Shown: positions 9,479-19,398 of the stretch, piece after piece | Layout: the number at the start of each line of letters is the position of its first letter | Numbering within the stretch: the first letter of the stretch is position 1 | Source: Polyangiaceae bacterium | GTDB lineage: Bacteria > Myxococcota_A > Polyangia > Polyangiales > Polyangiaceae | Assembly (NCBI GenBank): GCA_050287085.1 | Contig: JBNKBE010000001.1 | Coordinates: 192,001 to 256,000 of the forward strand | Reading direction: 5' to 3' | DNA length: 64,000 nucleotides | Translations under genes and position numbers: made by a program | The notes under the pieces: model-generated | The model's input: only the letters and a program-made list of their open reading frames with translations | Databases searched by the model: none | What the model was told of the DNA's origin: nothing

Positions 9479-10753
9479 TCAACGTCGCTTGCGTATCAGC
9501 CGGTAGATATACGTTCTGTCTACTCCCGCGAGGCGCGCCGCGGTCGCAACCTTATTCCCGGCTCGCTCCAACAAGCGGCCCAAATAGAGCTCTTCACCAG
9601 CCTCATTCCAACGTTCGCGAAATTCGCGGAGAGGCAGGGTTGCAAGCGTTTCGTTCAGCAATGCGGGGCCCTCGAGCCGCTCGGGCAGAGAGGCCGACTG
9701 GGTCGAGTAGTGTTCACACGCGCGCTCCACGACGTGTTTGAGCTCACGTACGTTGCCCATCCACGGACGACCTGTAAGCTGATCGAGCGTGAGTCCATCA
9801 GGCCAAGGCCGGTCCGCAAGAAAGTGTTGAACCAATACCGGGATGTCCTCTGGACGTTGTCGCAACGCCGGAATGTAGACGGGCTGAGCTGCGATCTGGA
9901 AGTACAGATCCTCTCGAAACGCACTGACGTTGACCAGCGATATAAGATCCCGCTGGCTAGAAACGATCAGACGAAAATCGACCGGACGGGTCTCAGACTC
10001 CCCCAATCGCAAGACCCGTCTTGAGAGTAGGACGTGAAGCAACCGAGGCTGAATACTGAGCGGCAGTTCGCCAATTTCCTTCAGAAAAACCGTGCCCCCT
10101 GCGGCCGCCTCAAAACAACCGGGCTGTCCAGATTTTTGGCAGGCGCTGGTCGCGCCAAACAAGGCGATCTCGAGGTCACGCCCCAACATGGCAGCGCAAT
10201 CGACGGCCACGAAGTGGTGGGCTGCCCGACGCGAGGAAGCGTGAATCGCACGCGCCGCAAGCTCCTTACCGGTGCCGCTTTCGCCCTGAAGTAGCACGGA
10301 AACGTCCCGGTACGCGCAATACTCCAACTCGCTGAACGTCCGCCGAATCGACTCGCTAACGCCCACCAGACGATCGTATTGACCCAGCTCCCGGGGCGCA
10401 GCCGCCTCCTCACTTCGGTACACGATACGCGCCCGCGCGTTGCCGAAGTGCAACGTCGCGCCGTCCGGAACGCGAGCCTCTCGAATGTGGACGCCGTTTA
10501 TCGTCGTGCCGTTGCGACTGCCGAGATCTCTCACCCAAACGCCGTCGTCATGCAAGCGGAGCTCCGCGTGCAGACGGGAAACCGTGCCATGCAGCACCGG
10601 CAGCTCATTTTCCGGGGCCGAACCCAGGCGCTGAACGCCGCGCAGCACCAGAGCGTCGGGGGGCTCACGGTCGAGCAAAATCAAGGTAGCCCCCACCGTG
10701 GCTCTGCGACGCGACGGCAGCGACTCGGTTTGCTCGGTCATGGCGGTCAGCAT
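9479..10753 (-). CDS. FHA-domain sigma54-type enhancer-binding protein with degenerate AAA+ motifs
   Basis: FHA (VSRLHAEL...VRDLGSRNGTTING), Walker A GESGTGKE, FREDLYF, WMGNVRELK and a C-terminal HTH. Start is 10753 or 10741. Confidence 0.88.
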   Translation of the reverse strand: MLTAMTEQTESLPSRRRATVGATLILLDREPPDALVLRGVQRLGSAPENELPVLHGTVSRLHAELRLHDDGVWVRDLGSRNGTTINGVHIREARVPDGATLHFGNARARIVYRSEEAAAPRELGQYDRLVGVSESIRRTFSELEYCAYRDVSVLLQGESGTGKELAARAIHASSRRAAHHFVAVDCAAMLGRDLEIALFGATSACQKSGQPGCFEAAAGGTVFLKEIGELPLSIQPRLLHVLLSRRVLRLGESETRPVDFRLIVSSQRDLISLVNVSAFREDLYFQIAAQPVYIPALRQRPEDIPVLVQHFLADRPWPDGLTLDQLTGRPWMGNVRELKHVVERACEHYSTQSASLPERLEGPALLNETLATLPLREFRERWNEAGEELYLGRLLERAGNKVATAARLAGVDRTYIYRLIRKRR

Positions 10754-11028
10754 GCCGCTTTGATGCCGACCAGGCAAACCAGAGCGAGCCGGAGTGCACG
10801 ACCAAAAACGCGTCCCGAACGGGTACGCGGCCAGGCTCGATAGCGAGATGGGCTCAGCCCGGATCTTCTGTTCCAGGTCGAAGCGGCGAATGTAGCATTG
10901 CGGCAAGAAGTCGGCCCATCAGTAAACGCGACGGACGTCGGACGGCCTGATGACAAATACGGGAAGAGTCACCCCGGCCCGCGAGTTGGCCTCGACGTAG
11001 ACGCCCGGAACAGTAGACTGCGAAGACG

Positions 11029-14000
11029 ATGGCTCGGGCGGGTGAAACAACAGCGCCACCACAAGGGGGCGTGGCGCTTCCCGAGGTAGATGAGGTCACG
11101 ACGGCGGTCGGCGTAGCGCCGGACGCCCCGTCGCGCGCTCGAGATGCCGACAAGCCACTGCGCCTCCGAGTAGGAAGCCTGATCGCGGAACGCTACGACG
11201 TGCGCGGCGTATTGGGCGAAGGCGGTATGGGGCTCGTCTACAAGTGCCAGGACCGCAACACCGGAGAATTGGTAGCGGTCAAACGAGTCATGCCGACAGC
11301 CGGCAAGGGCACAGCAGACTACATCACGTGGTTCTACAAGGAAGCCCGCGCACTCGCATCGCTGGACCACCTCAACATCGTACACGCCCGCGACTTCGGT
11401 GTGTTGTCAGACGGGTCGCCCTTTCTCACGATGGAGCTCGTAGGAGGGCTCTCGCTCCACGACTACAGCAACGCTCGACTCAGCTTTCCCATCATCTGGT
11501 CCATTGTCGACCAGGTGTTGGGCGCCTTGGCTCACGCCCACTCGCGTCGCGTCATTCACGGCGATCTGAAACCCTCCAACATCATAGTGGAAGCAGGCAG
11601 TGCCGGCCCTCCTCGGATTCACATTCTGGATTTCGGTCTGGCGTGGCTCAAGGAAGATCCCCACGATGAGCGGCTTGACGGGGAAAAGGCGATGGAGTTT
11701 GAACCCCATGCCGGTGCTGGTACCCCGGGCTACATGGCGCCCGAGCAGATCATGCACGAGATGCACCACATCACGGGTGCCACGGACCTCTATTCACTCG
11801 CCTGTATTCTCTATCGCTTGTTGTCCGGCGTAGCGCCTTTCTCTGGAACCCCCAAAGAACTGCTCAAGCTGCACGCCTACGAGACGCCCCCGCCTTTGAG
11901 GCTAGCCACGAAGGCGCCAGAAGGTGTCGCCGAATTCGTGATGCGCTGCCTGCACAAGCGACCTTGGGGGCGATTCGAATTCGCCGCCGAAGCGCGCCGC
12001 GCGTGGGCGGTATTTGCGCCCAGCCCCAGCACCGACATTCGCCTGTGGCGCTTTCCGCGCATCGCCAGCCATCCTGCCACTGAGCCCAGCGCCGAAAACG
12101 CAACCCATCCCCCCGACGACCCCACCGTCAGCGAACGGCCTCCTGAACGCAATCGAGGGTTGCTTGGAATTCGACCAAGTCCCATGGTCGGCCGCGAAGA
12201 AATCCGGCGACAACTCAGTGCGACCTGTGCCCAGGTAGCCCGAGGAGAAGGGCCTCGGCATCGATTGATCATGCTGCTCGGCCCCGCGGGTATCGGCAAG
12301 AGCCGCGTCGCCGAATGGCTGACGGAAAACGTACATGAACGCGGCGAACTAGTGCCGCTGACAGCGCGCTATCGCAAGGTGCGCAGCCACTCCAACGGCA
12401 TGCTCGGAGCCGTCACCCAATACCTGAACTTCGAACGCGCCGACCGCGCCACCATCGAGCGGTCTCTGATGGCCCGCTGGAACGTCAAGAGCAGCGATCA
12501 GGCGGGTCGTACTTGGGTCGCGGGTGCGGCCGAATGGCTCCGGCCCAACGCGCCAGGGAGCGAAGCAATCGGGCCAAGTGGAGTGCGTTTCACCCTCGAT
12601 ACACTCGAAATCCGACGCGAGGTCGTGCGCTACACGCTACGACGCCTGGCGGGCGGGCGCCCGATTCTGATGCTCTTGGACGACGTCCACAATGCGTCCC
12701 AGCACACGATCGAGGGACTCATCCAGATGCATCGAAGCGACGCGGATCAACCCCTTGTCCTCGTCGCGACGGTTCGTTCGGAAGACGTACAACTTGGCAC
12801 GACGATCGCCGAACGCCTGCGAGCCTTGCGCGAAGCATTCGATGGCGAGGTGATCGAAGTGCCGCCGATGGACAAGGACACGACCACAGCACTGATTCAG
12901 GCGTCGCTTCCCCTGGATCAAGCCGCTGTATTGGAAGCGGCACGACGCAGCCGCGGCTACCCGCTTTTTGCGCTCCAGCAGCTGCACGCCTGGGCCCATT
13001 CCGGCAGCGTGGAGTACGCCGATGGCACCTTTCACGTGCCAAAAGAGCTGCTCGCACTTCGCCCCAAGACAACCTCTGAACTTTGGGACACGCGCCTGAG
13101 CGCCATTCCGCCCACCTATCGCGATGCCGCATTTGCAGTCGCGACGCTGGGCTTAGATGTTCGGCGGCCCGTACTCAGGGCGGTCCTCGTCGAGCTCGGA
13201 TTGCCTGTAGAAGAGAGCATCCAAGCCCTCCAGCGAGCTGAAGTAATCCTGCCACGTGGCTCGGGGCGCTACAACTGGCCGCACGCACTGCTGCAAGAGC
13301 ACCTCTTTCGTAGTCTGAGCAAGCGCGAAGACTCGCGCCGTTTGTTTCACGCCGCCGCCGTTGCTCTGGAGAGTCACCCGCTCAGTCATACCCGACGCGT
13401 AGTGCGGCAGAGGGCCGTAAACCTGCTCTACGCGGGCGAAGCAGGCGCCGCGGCACGAGCCTTTTTCGCATTCCTGGAGCAATCCTGGAACGGGGCGCGC
13501 CAGCCGCTTGCTACGCTGGCGGATCTTGACTTGTTCAAGGGCCAGCTAGATGGAGCTGAACACGCCATAGCCTTGCGTTGGCGCGCCGAGACGCTGCGCC
13601 ACGTGGGTCGAACCGAAGAAGCCAAGGTTCATGCGGAAAAGGCGCTCGCCCTGCTCCGAAAGAACGACGAACCCGAGGAGCTGGCGCATTGCCAGCGCCT
13701 GCTGGGACAGCTGCTTGGGGAGCTCGGACGCTCCCAGGAAGGCCTCGATCTCGTAACCGAAGCACTCCAGAGCCTGAGTGTACGAGGCAAACCGCTGGCT
13801 CAAGCACAGTGTGAACTCGCGATCGGACGCATACTGATGATCAGCGGGCGCCACGGCGCAGCGCGGCAGTTCGCTGAAGCGGGTGAGGCTCACTTCTCCC
13901 AGCTTGACGAGCCACTCGGCCGCGGCCAGTGCCTGCTGCTACTGTCCAACGTCGACCACACGCAGGGAGCCACGGAGCGCGCACGCCGCTACACCACGGA

Positions 14001-14634
14001 AGCTCGCACTGAGTTCGAACGCTGCGGCTACCGCCTTGGGCAAGCACAGACCACCGCATCACTCGCTCATCTAGAGCACCGCCTGTCCAATTTCTACAGC
14101 GCCCAAATGGGGGCACAGGAAGCGCTGGCTATCTTCGAGTCTCTGCACACGGTGCGAGGCCAAGCCGCCTGTGAACGGCTGCTCGCCATGCTTGGACTGG
14201 ACACGGATGACCTCGACGCGGGCTATGTTCACGCAGACCGCGCAGAACGCCTCTACGCGCAGCTGCAATATCCTTGGGGCATCGTCGAGTCGCGATTGTT
14301 GCGGGCCCAGCTCGCGCTTGCCGCCCGAGACTTTGCGGGAGCCAAGACTGCCCTGATGCAGGCGCGTGACGTCCCCGTATCCGAGCCCGAACCTCGGCAG
14401 CACTATCTGCTAACGCGGGCGTGGTTTCAGCTCCTTAGCGGTGAGAACCGCGCCGCGTATGAGGCGCTGAAGGCCGCCCCCACGGTCTACGATCTCACGT
14501 GGCAAGTCGGCGACCACACCCCCCACCTATTAGCTCGCCTCAGTCGTCTAGATTGGGGTGAACTCCGCGCCCTCGATGACATCGAAGAGTGGCGAGGACT
14601 AATTCACGATCACTCGCGTCGCGACCAAACATGA
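11029..14634 (+). CDS. Ser/Thr protein kinase with AAA ATPase and TPR-like domains
   Basis: LGEGGMGLVY, VAVK, HGDLKPSN, DFG, GTPGYMAPE; Walker A GPAGIGKS, Walker B LLDDVH; helical repeats in the C-terminus. Confidence 0.92.
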   Translation: MARAGETTAPPQGGVALPEVDEVTTAVGVAPDAPSRARDADKPLRLRVGSLIAERYDVRGVLGEGGMGLVYKCQDRNTGELVAVKRVMPTAGKGTADYITWFYKEARALASLDHLNIVHARDFGVLSDGSPFLTMELVGGLSLHDYSNARLSFPIIWSIVDQVLGALAHAHSRRVIHGDLKPSNIIVEAGSAGPPRIHILDFGLAWLKEDPHDERLDGEKAMEFEPHAGAGTPGYMAPEQIMHEMHHITGATDLYSLACILYRLLSGVAPFSGTPKELLKLHAYETPPPLRLATKAPEGVAEFVMRCLHKRPWGRFEFAAEARRAWAVFAPSPSTDIRLWRFPRIASHPATEPSAENATHPPDDPTVSERPPERNRGLLGIRPSPMVGREEIRRQLSATCAQVARGEGPRHRLIMLLGPAGIGKSRVAEWLTENVHERGELVPLTARYRKVRSHSNGMLGAVTQYLNFERADRATIERSLMARWNVKSSDQAGRTWVAGAAEWLRPNAPGSEAIGPSGVRFTLDTLEIRREVVRYTLRRLAGGRPILMLLDDVHNASQHTIEGLIQMHRSDADQPLVLVATVRSEDVQLGTTIAERLRALREAFDGEVIEVPPMDKDTTTALIQASLPLDQAAVLEAARRSRGYPLFALQQLHAWAHSGSVEYADGTFHVPKELLALRPKTTSELWDTRLSAIPPTYRDAAFAVATLGLDVRRPVLRAVLVELGLPVEESIQALQRAEVILPRGSGRYNWPHALLQEHLFRSLSKREDSRRLFHAAAVALESHPLSHTRRVVRQRAVNLLYAGEAGAAARAFFAFLEQSWNGARQPLATLADLDLFKGQLDGAEHAIALRWRAETLRHVGRTEEAKVHAEKALALLRKNDEPEELAHCQRLLGQLLGELGRSQEGLDLVTEALQSLSVRGKPLAQAQCELAIGRILMISGRHGAARQFAEAGEAHFSQLDEPLGRGQCLLLLSNVDHTQGATERARRYTTEARTEFERCGYRLGQAQTTASLAHLEHRLSNFYSAQMGAQEALAIFESLHTVRGQAACERLLAMLGLDTDDLDAGYVHADRAERLYAQLQYPWGIVESRLLRAQLALAARDFAGAKTALMQARDVPVSEPEPRQHYLLTRAWFQLLSGENRAAYEALKAAPTVYDLTWQVGDHTPHLLARLSRLDWGELRALDDIEEWRGLIHDHSRRDQT

Positions 14635-14712
14635 ACTCGCGCCACGCCAGCCTGAGCTGCGCCCTACCAACCGACGCGCGCCGCTCACCTTCCCCATGTT
14701 GATGAGAGCCCC

Positions 14713-15990
14713 ATGAACGACAAGTCGCAGACCGCCATAACGCGCGCCGAACAACTCATGCCCGGCGGCGTGAACAGTCCAGTGCGAGCCTTTCGCGCCG
14801 TTGGAGGACATCCTCCGTTCATTGCACGCGCCCAAGGGGCAAGAATATACGACATCGACGGCCACGAGTACGTCGATTTCGTCGGTAGCTGGGGACCAGC
14901 CATTGTTGGGCACGCCAACCCTGCGGTGGTGAAGGCGGTTCAGGAGGCGGCGGCGCGCGGCCTGTCTTTCGGCGCCCCCACGGAGTTGGAAGTTACGTTT
15001 GCAGAGCGCCTGGCGCAGCTGTACCCGAGCATCGAAATGCTGCGCTGCGTCTCGAGCGGCACCGAGGCAACCATGAGCGCGCTCAGGGTCGCCCGTGGAG
15101 CAACCGGACGAGACTGCATCGTCAAGTTCAGCGGCGGATACCACGGGCACTCGGATGGCCTCTTGGTCAAGGCGGGCAGCGGAGCGGCCACCTTCGGCGC
15201 GCCCGACTCCGCAGGGGTACCGCGGGGTATGGCCGAGACAACCTTGGTCGCGGAATACAACGACTTGCCAGCGATGCAGCAGCTATTCGCGCAGCGCGGC
15301 GACGAAATCGCGGCGGTGATCGTTGAACCTGTCGCAGGTAATATGGGGTGCGTTCCGCCGAAGCCCGAGTTCCTGCCCGGCCTCATCGAGGTGTGCGAGC
15401 GACACGGTGCACTGTGCATCTTCGACGAAGTCATGACAGGGTGCCGTCTCGCCGCTGGAGGTGCACAGCAGCGCTTCGGGCTGCGACCACACCTGACGTG
15501 CCTCGGGAAGGTCGTGGGCGGCGGCATGCCGCTCGCGGTCTACGGCGGAAAGCGCGAAGTCATGCAACAGATTTCTCCGGTTGGCCCGGTGTATCAGGCC
15601 GGCACGCTATCGGGCAACCCGCTCGCCGTGAGCGCGGGCATGGCAACGTTAGAGCAACTGACCCCCGCCCTCTACGAACACTTGGAACGGTTGGGAGAGC
15701 AATTGGAAAGCGGACTGCGCAAACTGAGCACCCAATACGACTTCCCGCTTTGTGTGCAGCGCGTGGGTTCCATGATCACGCTCTTCTTCCACCCAGGCCC
15801 CGTGAACAACTGGCCCGATGCAAGCCAGGCGGACACCCAGCGCTTCGGTCGCTTCCATGCGGCGCTACTAGCTGAAGGGGTGTATTGGCCCCCAGCGCAG
15901 TTTGAAGCCGCCTTCATTTCGGGGGCCCACAGCGAAGACGACATGGACGTGACGCTGCAGGCGATGGCGAATGCCCTCGCGCGATGCTGA
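14713..15990 (+). CDS. hemL: Glutamate-1-semialdehyde 2,1-aminomutase
   Basis: MPGGVNSPVRAF, SGTEATMSALR, FDEVMTG, GKVVGGGMP (PLP Lys), YQAGTLSGNP. Confidence 0.97.
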   Translation: MNDKSQTAITRAEQLMPGGVNSPVRAFRAVGGHPPFIARAQGARIYDIDGHEYVDFVGSWGPAIVGHANPAVVKAVQEAAARGLSFGAPTELEVTFAERLAQLYPSIEMLRCVSSGTEATMSALRVARGATGRDCIVKFSGGYHGHSDGLLVKAGSGAATFGAPDSAGVPRGMAETTLVAEYNDLPAMQQLFAQRGDEIAAVIVEPVAGNMGCVPPKPEFLPGLIEVCERHGALCIFDEVMTGCRLAAGGAQQRFGLRPHLTCLGKVVGGGMPLAVYGGKREVMQQISPVGPVYQAGTLSGNPLAVSAGMATLEQLTPALYEHLERLGEQLESGLRKLSTQYDFPLCVQRVGSMITLFFHPGPVNNWPDASQADTQRFGRFHAALLAEGVYWPPAQFEAAFISGAHSEDDMDVTLQAMANALARC

Positions 15991-16129
15991 GCCCTTGCCG
16001 CCGCCTTGGCGCCCCACTGCCAGCCATCCTCGCATAAGGCACCAAGGCGCCGGCCCAATCCAGCGACAGGAGTTGGGACCAAGGCGGAAGCTGTCGTCCC
16101 TCCCTCCCCAACACCGCTGGCGATAGCCC

Positions 16130-17536
16130 CTAGCTTGCGTAGCGCCGGCGAAGCATCTCGACGATGGCGCGGAGCGCAAAGACCTCTCCGCCTGCGGGGC
16201 GTCCGGGTTGACTCTCTAGATTGTACGCCATCGTATCGATGTGCAGCCAAGGGGTTCGAGGCGAAACGAACTCTTGAAGGAAGAGCGCAGCGGTGATCGC
16301 CCCGCCATAGCCATCACCCCCAATGTTGGACAGGTCCGCAACCTTGCTGTCGAGCATGCGACGGTAGGGGCGATGCAGAGGGAGTCGCCACAACGGATCG
16401 CTGACGGCTTCTCCAGCCGCCAGCAACGCCTCGGCAAATTCGTCATCCGATGCAAAAAGCGCTGGCAGTGACGCGCCGAGCGCCACTCGGGCTGCCCCCG
16501 TCAGTGTAGCGATATCGATCAAGAGCGCTGGCGTCTCGGCGTCCGCTTCGACCAGGGCGTCACTCAGGACCAGGCGTCCCTCCGCATCCGTGTCGCCGAC
16601 CTCAATCGTCAATCCCTTGCGACTGGTCAAGACGTCCAGGGGTCGAATCGCATTGCCTGATACGCTGTTTTCCACAGCTGGGATCAGCAATCGCAGTCGG
16701 ACCGGAAGGCGAAGCTCCATCACTGCTTGGGCCGTAGCCAGGGCGGTAGCAGCCCCCCCCATGTCCTTCTTCATGAGCTTCATAGAGCGGCCCGGCTTGA
16801 GATCTAACCCACCTGTGTCGAAGCACACGCCTTTGCCGACGAGTGTCACCTTGGGATGCCTCGGATCCCCCCAACACGCATCCACCAGACGAGGCTCATG
16901 CTGCGACGCTCTTCCCACCGCGAAAATGACGGGGAAGTTCTGTTCGAGCAAGTCTCTTCCGACGATCTCGCGGCAGCGCCCGCCCTGAGCCTCAAACACC
17001 CTCTGCGCTTCAGCAGCAAGCGCAGGCGGACTCATGTCTTCGGCCGGGGTCGTGATCAGGTCCCGACCGAGCGCGATTGCCTTGGCGAGGACACGCTGCG
17101 TCGCCAAGTCCGCATTGGGTGGTGCAACCAGCACGGAGAATCGCTGGTTGCGCTTCTTGTATCGGGTGAATTGGTAGGTGCCGAGCAGCCAACCCAGCAC
17201 CAGCGCATCCGCTTGATCGTCGGCGAGTGCGCCCGCGACTTCGTAGCGACCGCTAGGCAGCGCCTTCGGCAGCTGTGCGGCACCCCAGGGGGAATCGAGC
17301 TCAACGCCCGCGAACACTTCGTTGAGTGCTCCGCCCTTGCCAGCGACCAGCGCGACCTGACCCGGTTTGGCTTCGAAGCCGATGGCGAGCAGCCAGGTTT
17401 GGGTCGCCTTCGGTAGCGACTTAATGGCCTGCTTGTATGCAGCCTTGGTGACCAAGTGCAGTTTGATGGCCTGCGTGCCGCTTGCGTTTGACGCCCGCGT
17501 TCGCTGGCTTGATGCTCCAACGACGTATTTCAACAC
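16130..17536 (-). CDS. M17 leucyl aminopeptidase family protein
   Basis: VGKGVCFDTGGLDLK, MKKDMGG, DTDAEGRLVL, ATLTGA, WLHID; AAGGAGAG ribosome-binding site upstream of the GTG start. Confidence 0.95.
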   Translation of the reverse strand: MLKYVVGASSQRTRASNASGTQAIKLHLVTKAAYKQAIKSLPKATQTWLLAIGFEAKPGQVALVAGKGGALNEVFAGVELDSPWGAAQLPKALPSGRYEVAGALADDQADALVLGWLLGTYQFTRYKKRNQRFSVLVAPPNADLATQRVLAKAIALGRDLITTPAEDMSPPALAAEAQRVFEAQGGRCREIVGRDLLEQNFPVIFAVGRASQHEPRLVDACWGDPRHPKVTLVGKGVCFDTGGLDLKPGRSMKLMKKDMGGAATALATAQAVMELRLPVRLRLLIPAVENSVSGNAIRPLDVLTSRKGLTIEVGDTDAEGRLVLSDALVEADAETPALLIDIATLTGAARVALGASLPALFASDDEFAEALLAAGEAVSDPLWRLPLHRPYRRMLDSKVADLSNIGGDGYGGAITAALFLQEFVSPRTPWLHIDTMAYNLESQPGRPAGGEVFALRAIVEMLRRRYAS

Positions 17537-17728
17537 CTAATACTCTCCTTGCCCGGCAGACTACTCGAGTCTTCGCAGCTTGGCGTGCAAAACCGTGCCC
17601 CGTACCGCTTCAGGATGGGAGCCTCCGGGGCGCTATAGCACAGTCGACAGCGCGGCAACGAGCCACACGGCAACTGAGACCTGCGAAGCTTGCATGACGC
17701 CTTCCAGATATCTGCGATAAGCGGAGCA

Positions 17729-18937
17729 CTACTGGAGCATCGTAGGAGGCAATACGGACGAAAAAGAGGCCGAGCCCTTGGGAATCTCATGCGGCGCGGG
17801 GGAAACCGGTGTCGCGTCCGGTTCGGCGGCGGGAGGAGGCGGAGGATATGCGGGCTCTGAGGGCAACGGCGCCGGTGAAGGCGGCCCAGCGGGCGGGGGT
17901 CCCACCGGGACGGCCGGCGGCAGTGGTGTGGCATCGGAGTCTGACCGGGGCAACACCTGCTCCGTCGGCTGCGTTTCGACGTCCAGTGTGTGGCCTGGTG
18001 CGGGAGGAAGAGATTGTTCCAGCCAACGCCGATGCGCCGGACACGTGCGAAACCGCGCTTCGATCGCGTCGCAGCTCTCATTGGAGAGACGCTGATCCGG
18101 AGGCAGCACCGCAGGCACAACATGGTCCCAATGAAACGAGACGCCCGAGGTGAGCTGAAAGACAGGAGCTCCGCCGAAGGCAGAGCCGAGCGAGGAAAAC
18201 TCGGCCCCCAGTTGGAAGTCGAAGCGACGCTGCACCTCCAGACGCGCCAGCAATCCTGTCCTCAAGCTCACATTGATGGAGAAGCGGGTGTCCACCGCAT
18301 CGTCCAAAGCCTGCCGGAAGCTATCCTGAAGCCCAGCGTTGCCGATGGGGTCGTTCAGATCGGCCGCCGTCAGCTGGCGAGTGGGGCGAATCTCAACGCC
18401 CTCGGTCGAAATATAGGTGTCGAGATCGGCGCTTGGAGCGACCTCAAACCAAGGGGTGAGCGAAAGCCAAGACCACGGGGAGTACGAGAACCCCGTACCA
18501 ACGGCAAGCGGTGCCGTCAGAAAGTTGCGCGGCCCGCTGACCATCGCCGCTGGGGTCGCGCCCAGGTATAGAATAACCGCTCCCACCGGCAAGCCGTTGT
18601 CGTAGCGTCGAGTCACCGGGAGCGAGAACAGTCCAACACCGGTCGCCCCTGCGCCGTGGGCCAGGGGCGCCTCCGGGATATCGCGAAATTGAAAATAGTG
18701 AGCGCCGAACTGAGCGCTGAAGTTACCGCTCGTCGACGTGAAGTTCGCGTTGTAACTGAACACGCGGGAGGTCACTTCCGACAGATCGTGCCGGTAGGCC
18801 AATACCACCGTTGAGGAACGTGTATCGAACGTCGAAACGGCCGGACCGTGTGTGCCAGGCAAGCCATAGGCCGTCCCAGCCCCCAGCCAGAGCAAGAGCA
18901 CAACCAGCAGGCCTGATACTCGCGGAGTGCGCGCCAT
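17729..18937 (-). CDS. Secreted hypothetical protein, possible outer-membrane beta-barrel with a Pro-rich tail
   Basis: Signal peptide (AYG-L), alternating aromatic/polar beta-strand pattern (FSYNANF, FSAQFGAHYF, GVSFHWD), long Pro-rich C-terminus. Start chosen at MARTPR. Confidence 0.7.
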   Translation of the reverse strand: MARTPRVSGLLVVLLLWLGAGTAYGLPGTHGPAVSTFDTRSSTVVLAYRHDLSEVTSRVFSYNANFTSTSGNFSAQFGAHYFQFRDIPEAPLAHGAGATGVGLFSLPVTRRYDNGLPVGAVILYLGATPAAMVSGPRNFLTAPLAVGTGFSYSPWSWLSLTPWFEVAPSADLDTYISTEGVEIRPTRQLTAADLNDPIGNAGLQDSFRQALDDAVDTRFSINVSLRTGLLARLEVQRRFDFQLGAEFSSLGSAFGGAPVFQLTSGVSFHWDHVVPAVLPPDQRLSNESCDAIEARFRTCPAHRRWLEQSLPPAPGHTLDVETQPTEQVLPRSDSDATPLPPAVPVGPPPAGPPSPAPLPSEPAYPPPPPAAEPDATPVSPAPHEIPKGSASFSSVLPPTMLQ

Positions 18938-19110
18938 GTCGGCCCAAACGGCCGCGCGCCGCAAAAACTGAAGGCATCTTCCGTCGTGCGGCAGGTCCAC
19001 GCTTTCGGCCGGCACGCGCAAGAGCTCATCCCACTCTGGGGCATGCCGCCCCCGCCCGGTGCGCGAGCAGCGCTTGACACGGACCGTCTCATCCAGTTTA
19101 CGACTGACCC

Positions 19111-19293
19111 ATGCGCATCAAGTGCCCGGCCTGTGGCAATGAGCTCGATGACGTGCCCGCGGACTATCCTCCCCGCCCGTTCTGCTGCATGCGTTGCAAG
19201 CTGGCCGACCTCTCCAATTGGCTTGGCGAACGCTACCGAATATCAACGCCGCTCGAAGACCACGATGGCGAGGAAGCGCACAAGTTCAACTAG
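19111..19293 (+). CDS. yacG: DNA gyrase inhibitor YacG
   Basis: CPACG...RPFCCMRCKLADLSNWLGERYRI zinc-finger signature. Confidence 0.9.
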   Translation: MRIKCPACGNELDDVPADYPPRPFCCMRCKLADLSNWLGERYRISTPLEDHDGEEAHKFN

Positions 19294-19398
19294 CCCCTCG
19301 AGCGCGCCCCCCGTCCCATCTGCACGCGACGGAACGCAAGAATGCCCACCGACCGGAAGTGCGATCTGCGATGGCTCGCGCCGGCTGAAAGTTAGACC

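Noticed and set aside
1..15990. Heme genes (hemC, hemA, ccsA, hemL) as a dedicated part of the multiheme system
   Set aside because: ccsA-hemA-hemC is a common housekeeping arrangement, lies more than 10 kb from the nrt locus and is separated from it by unrelated genes.
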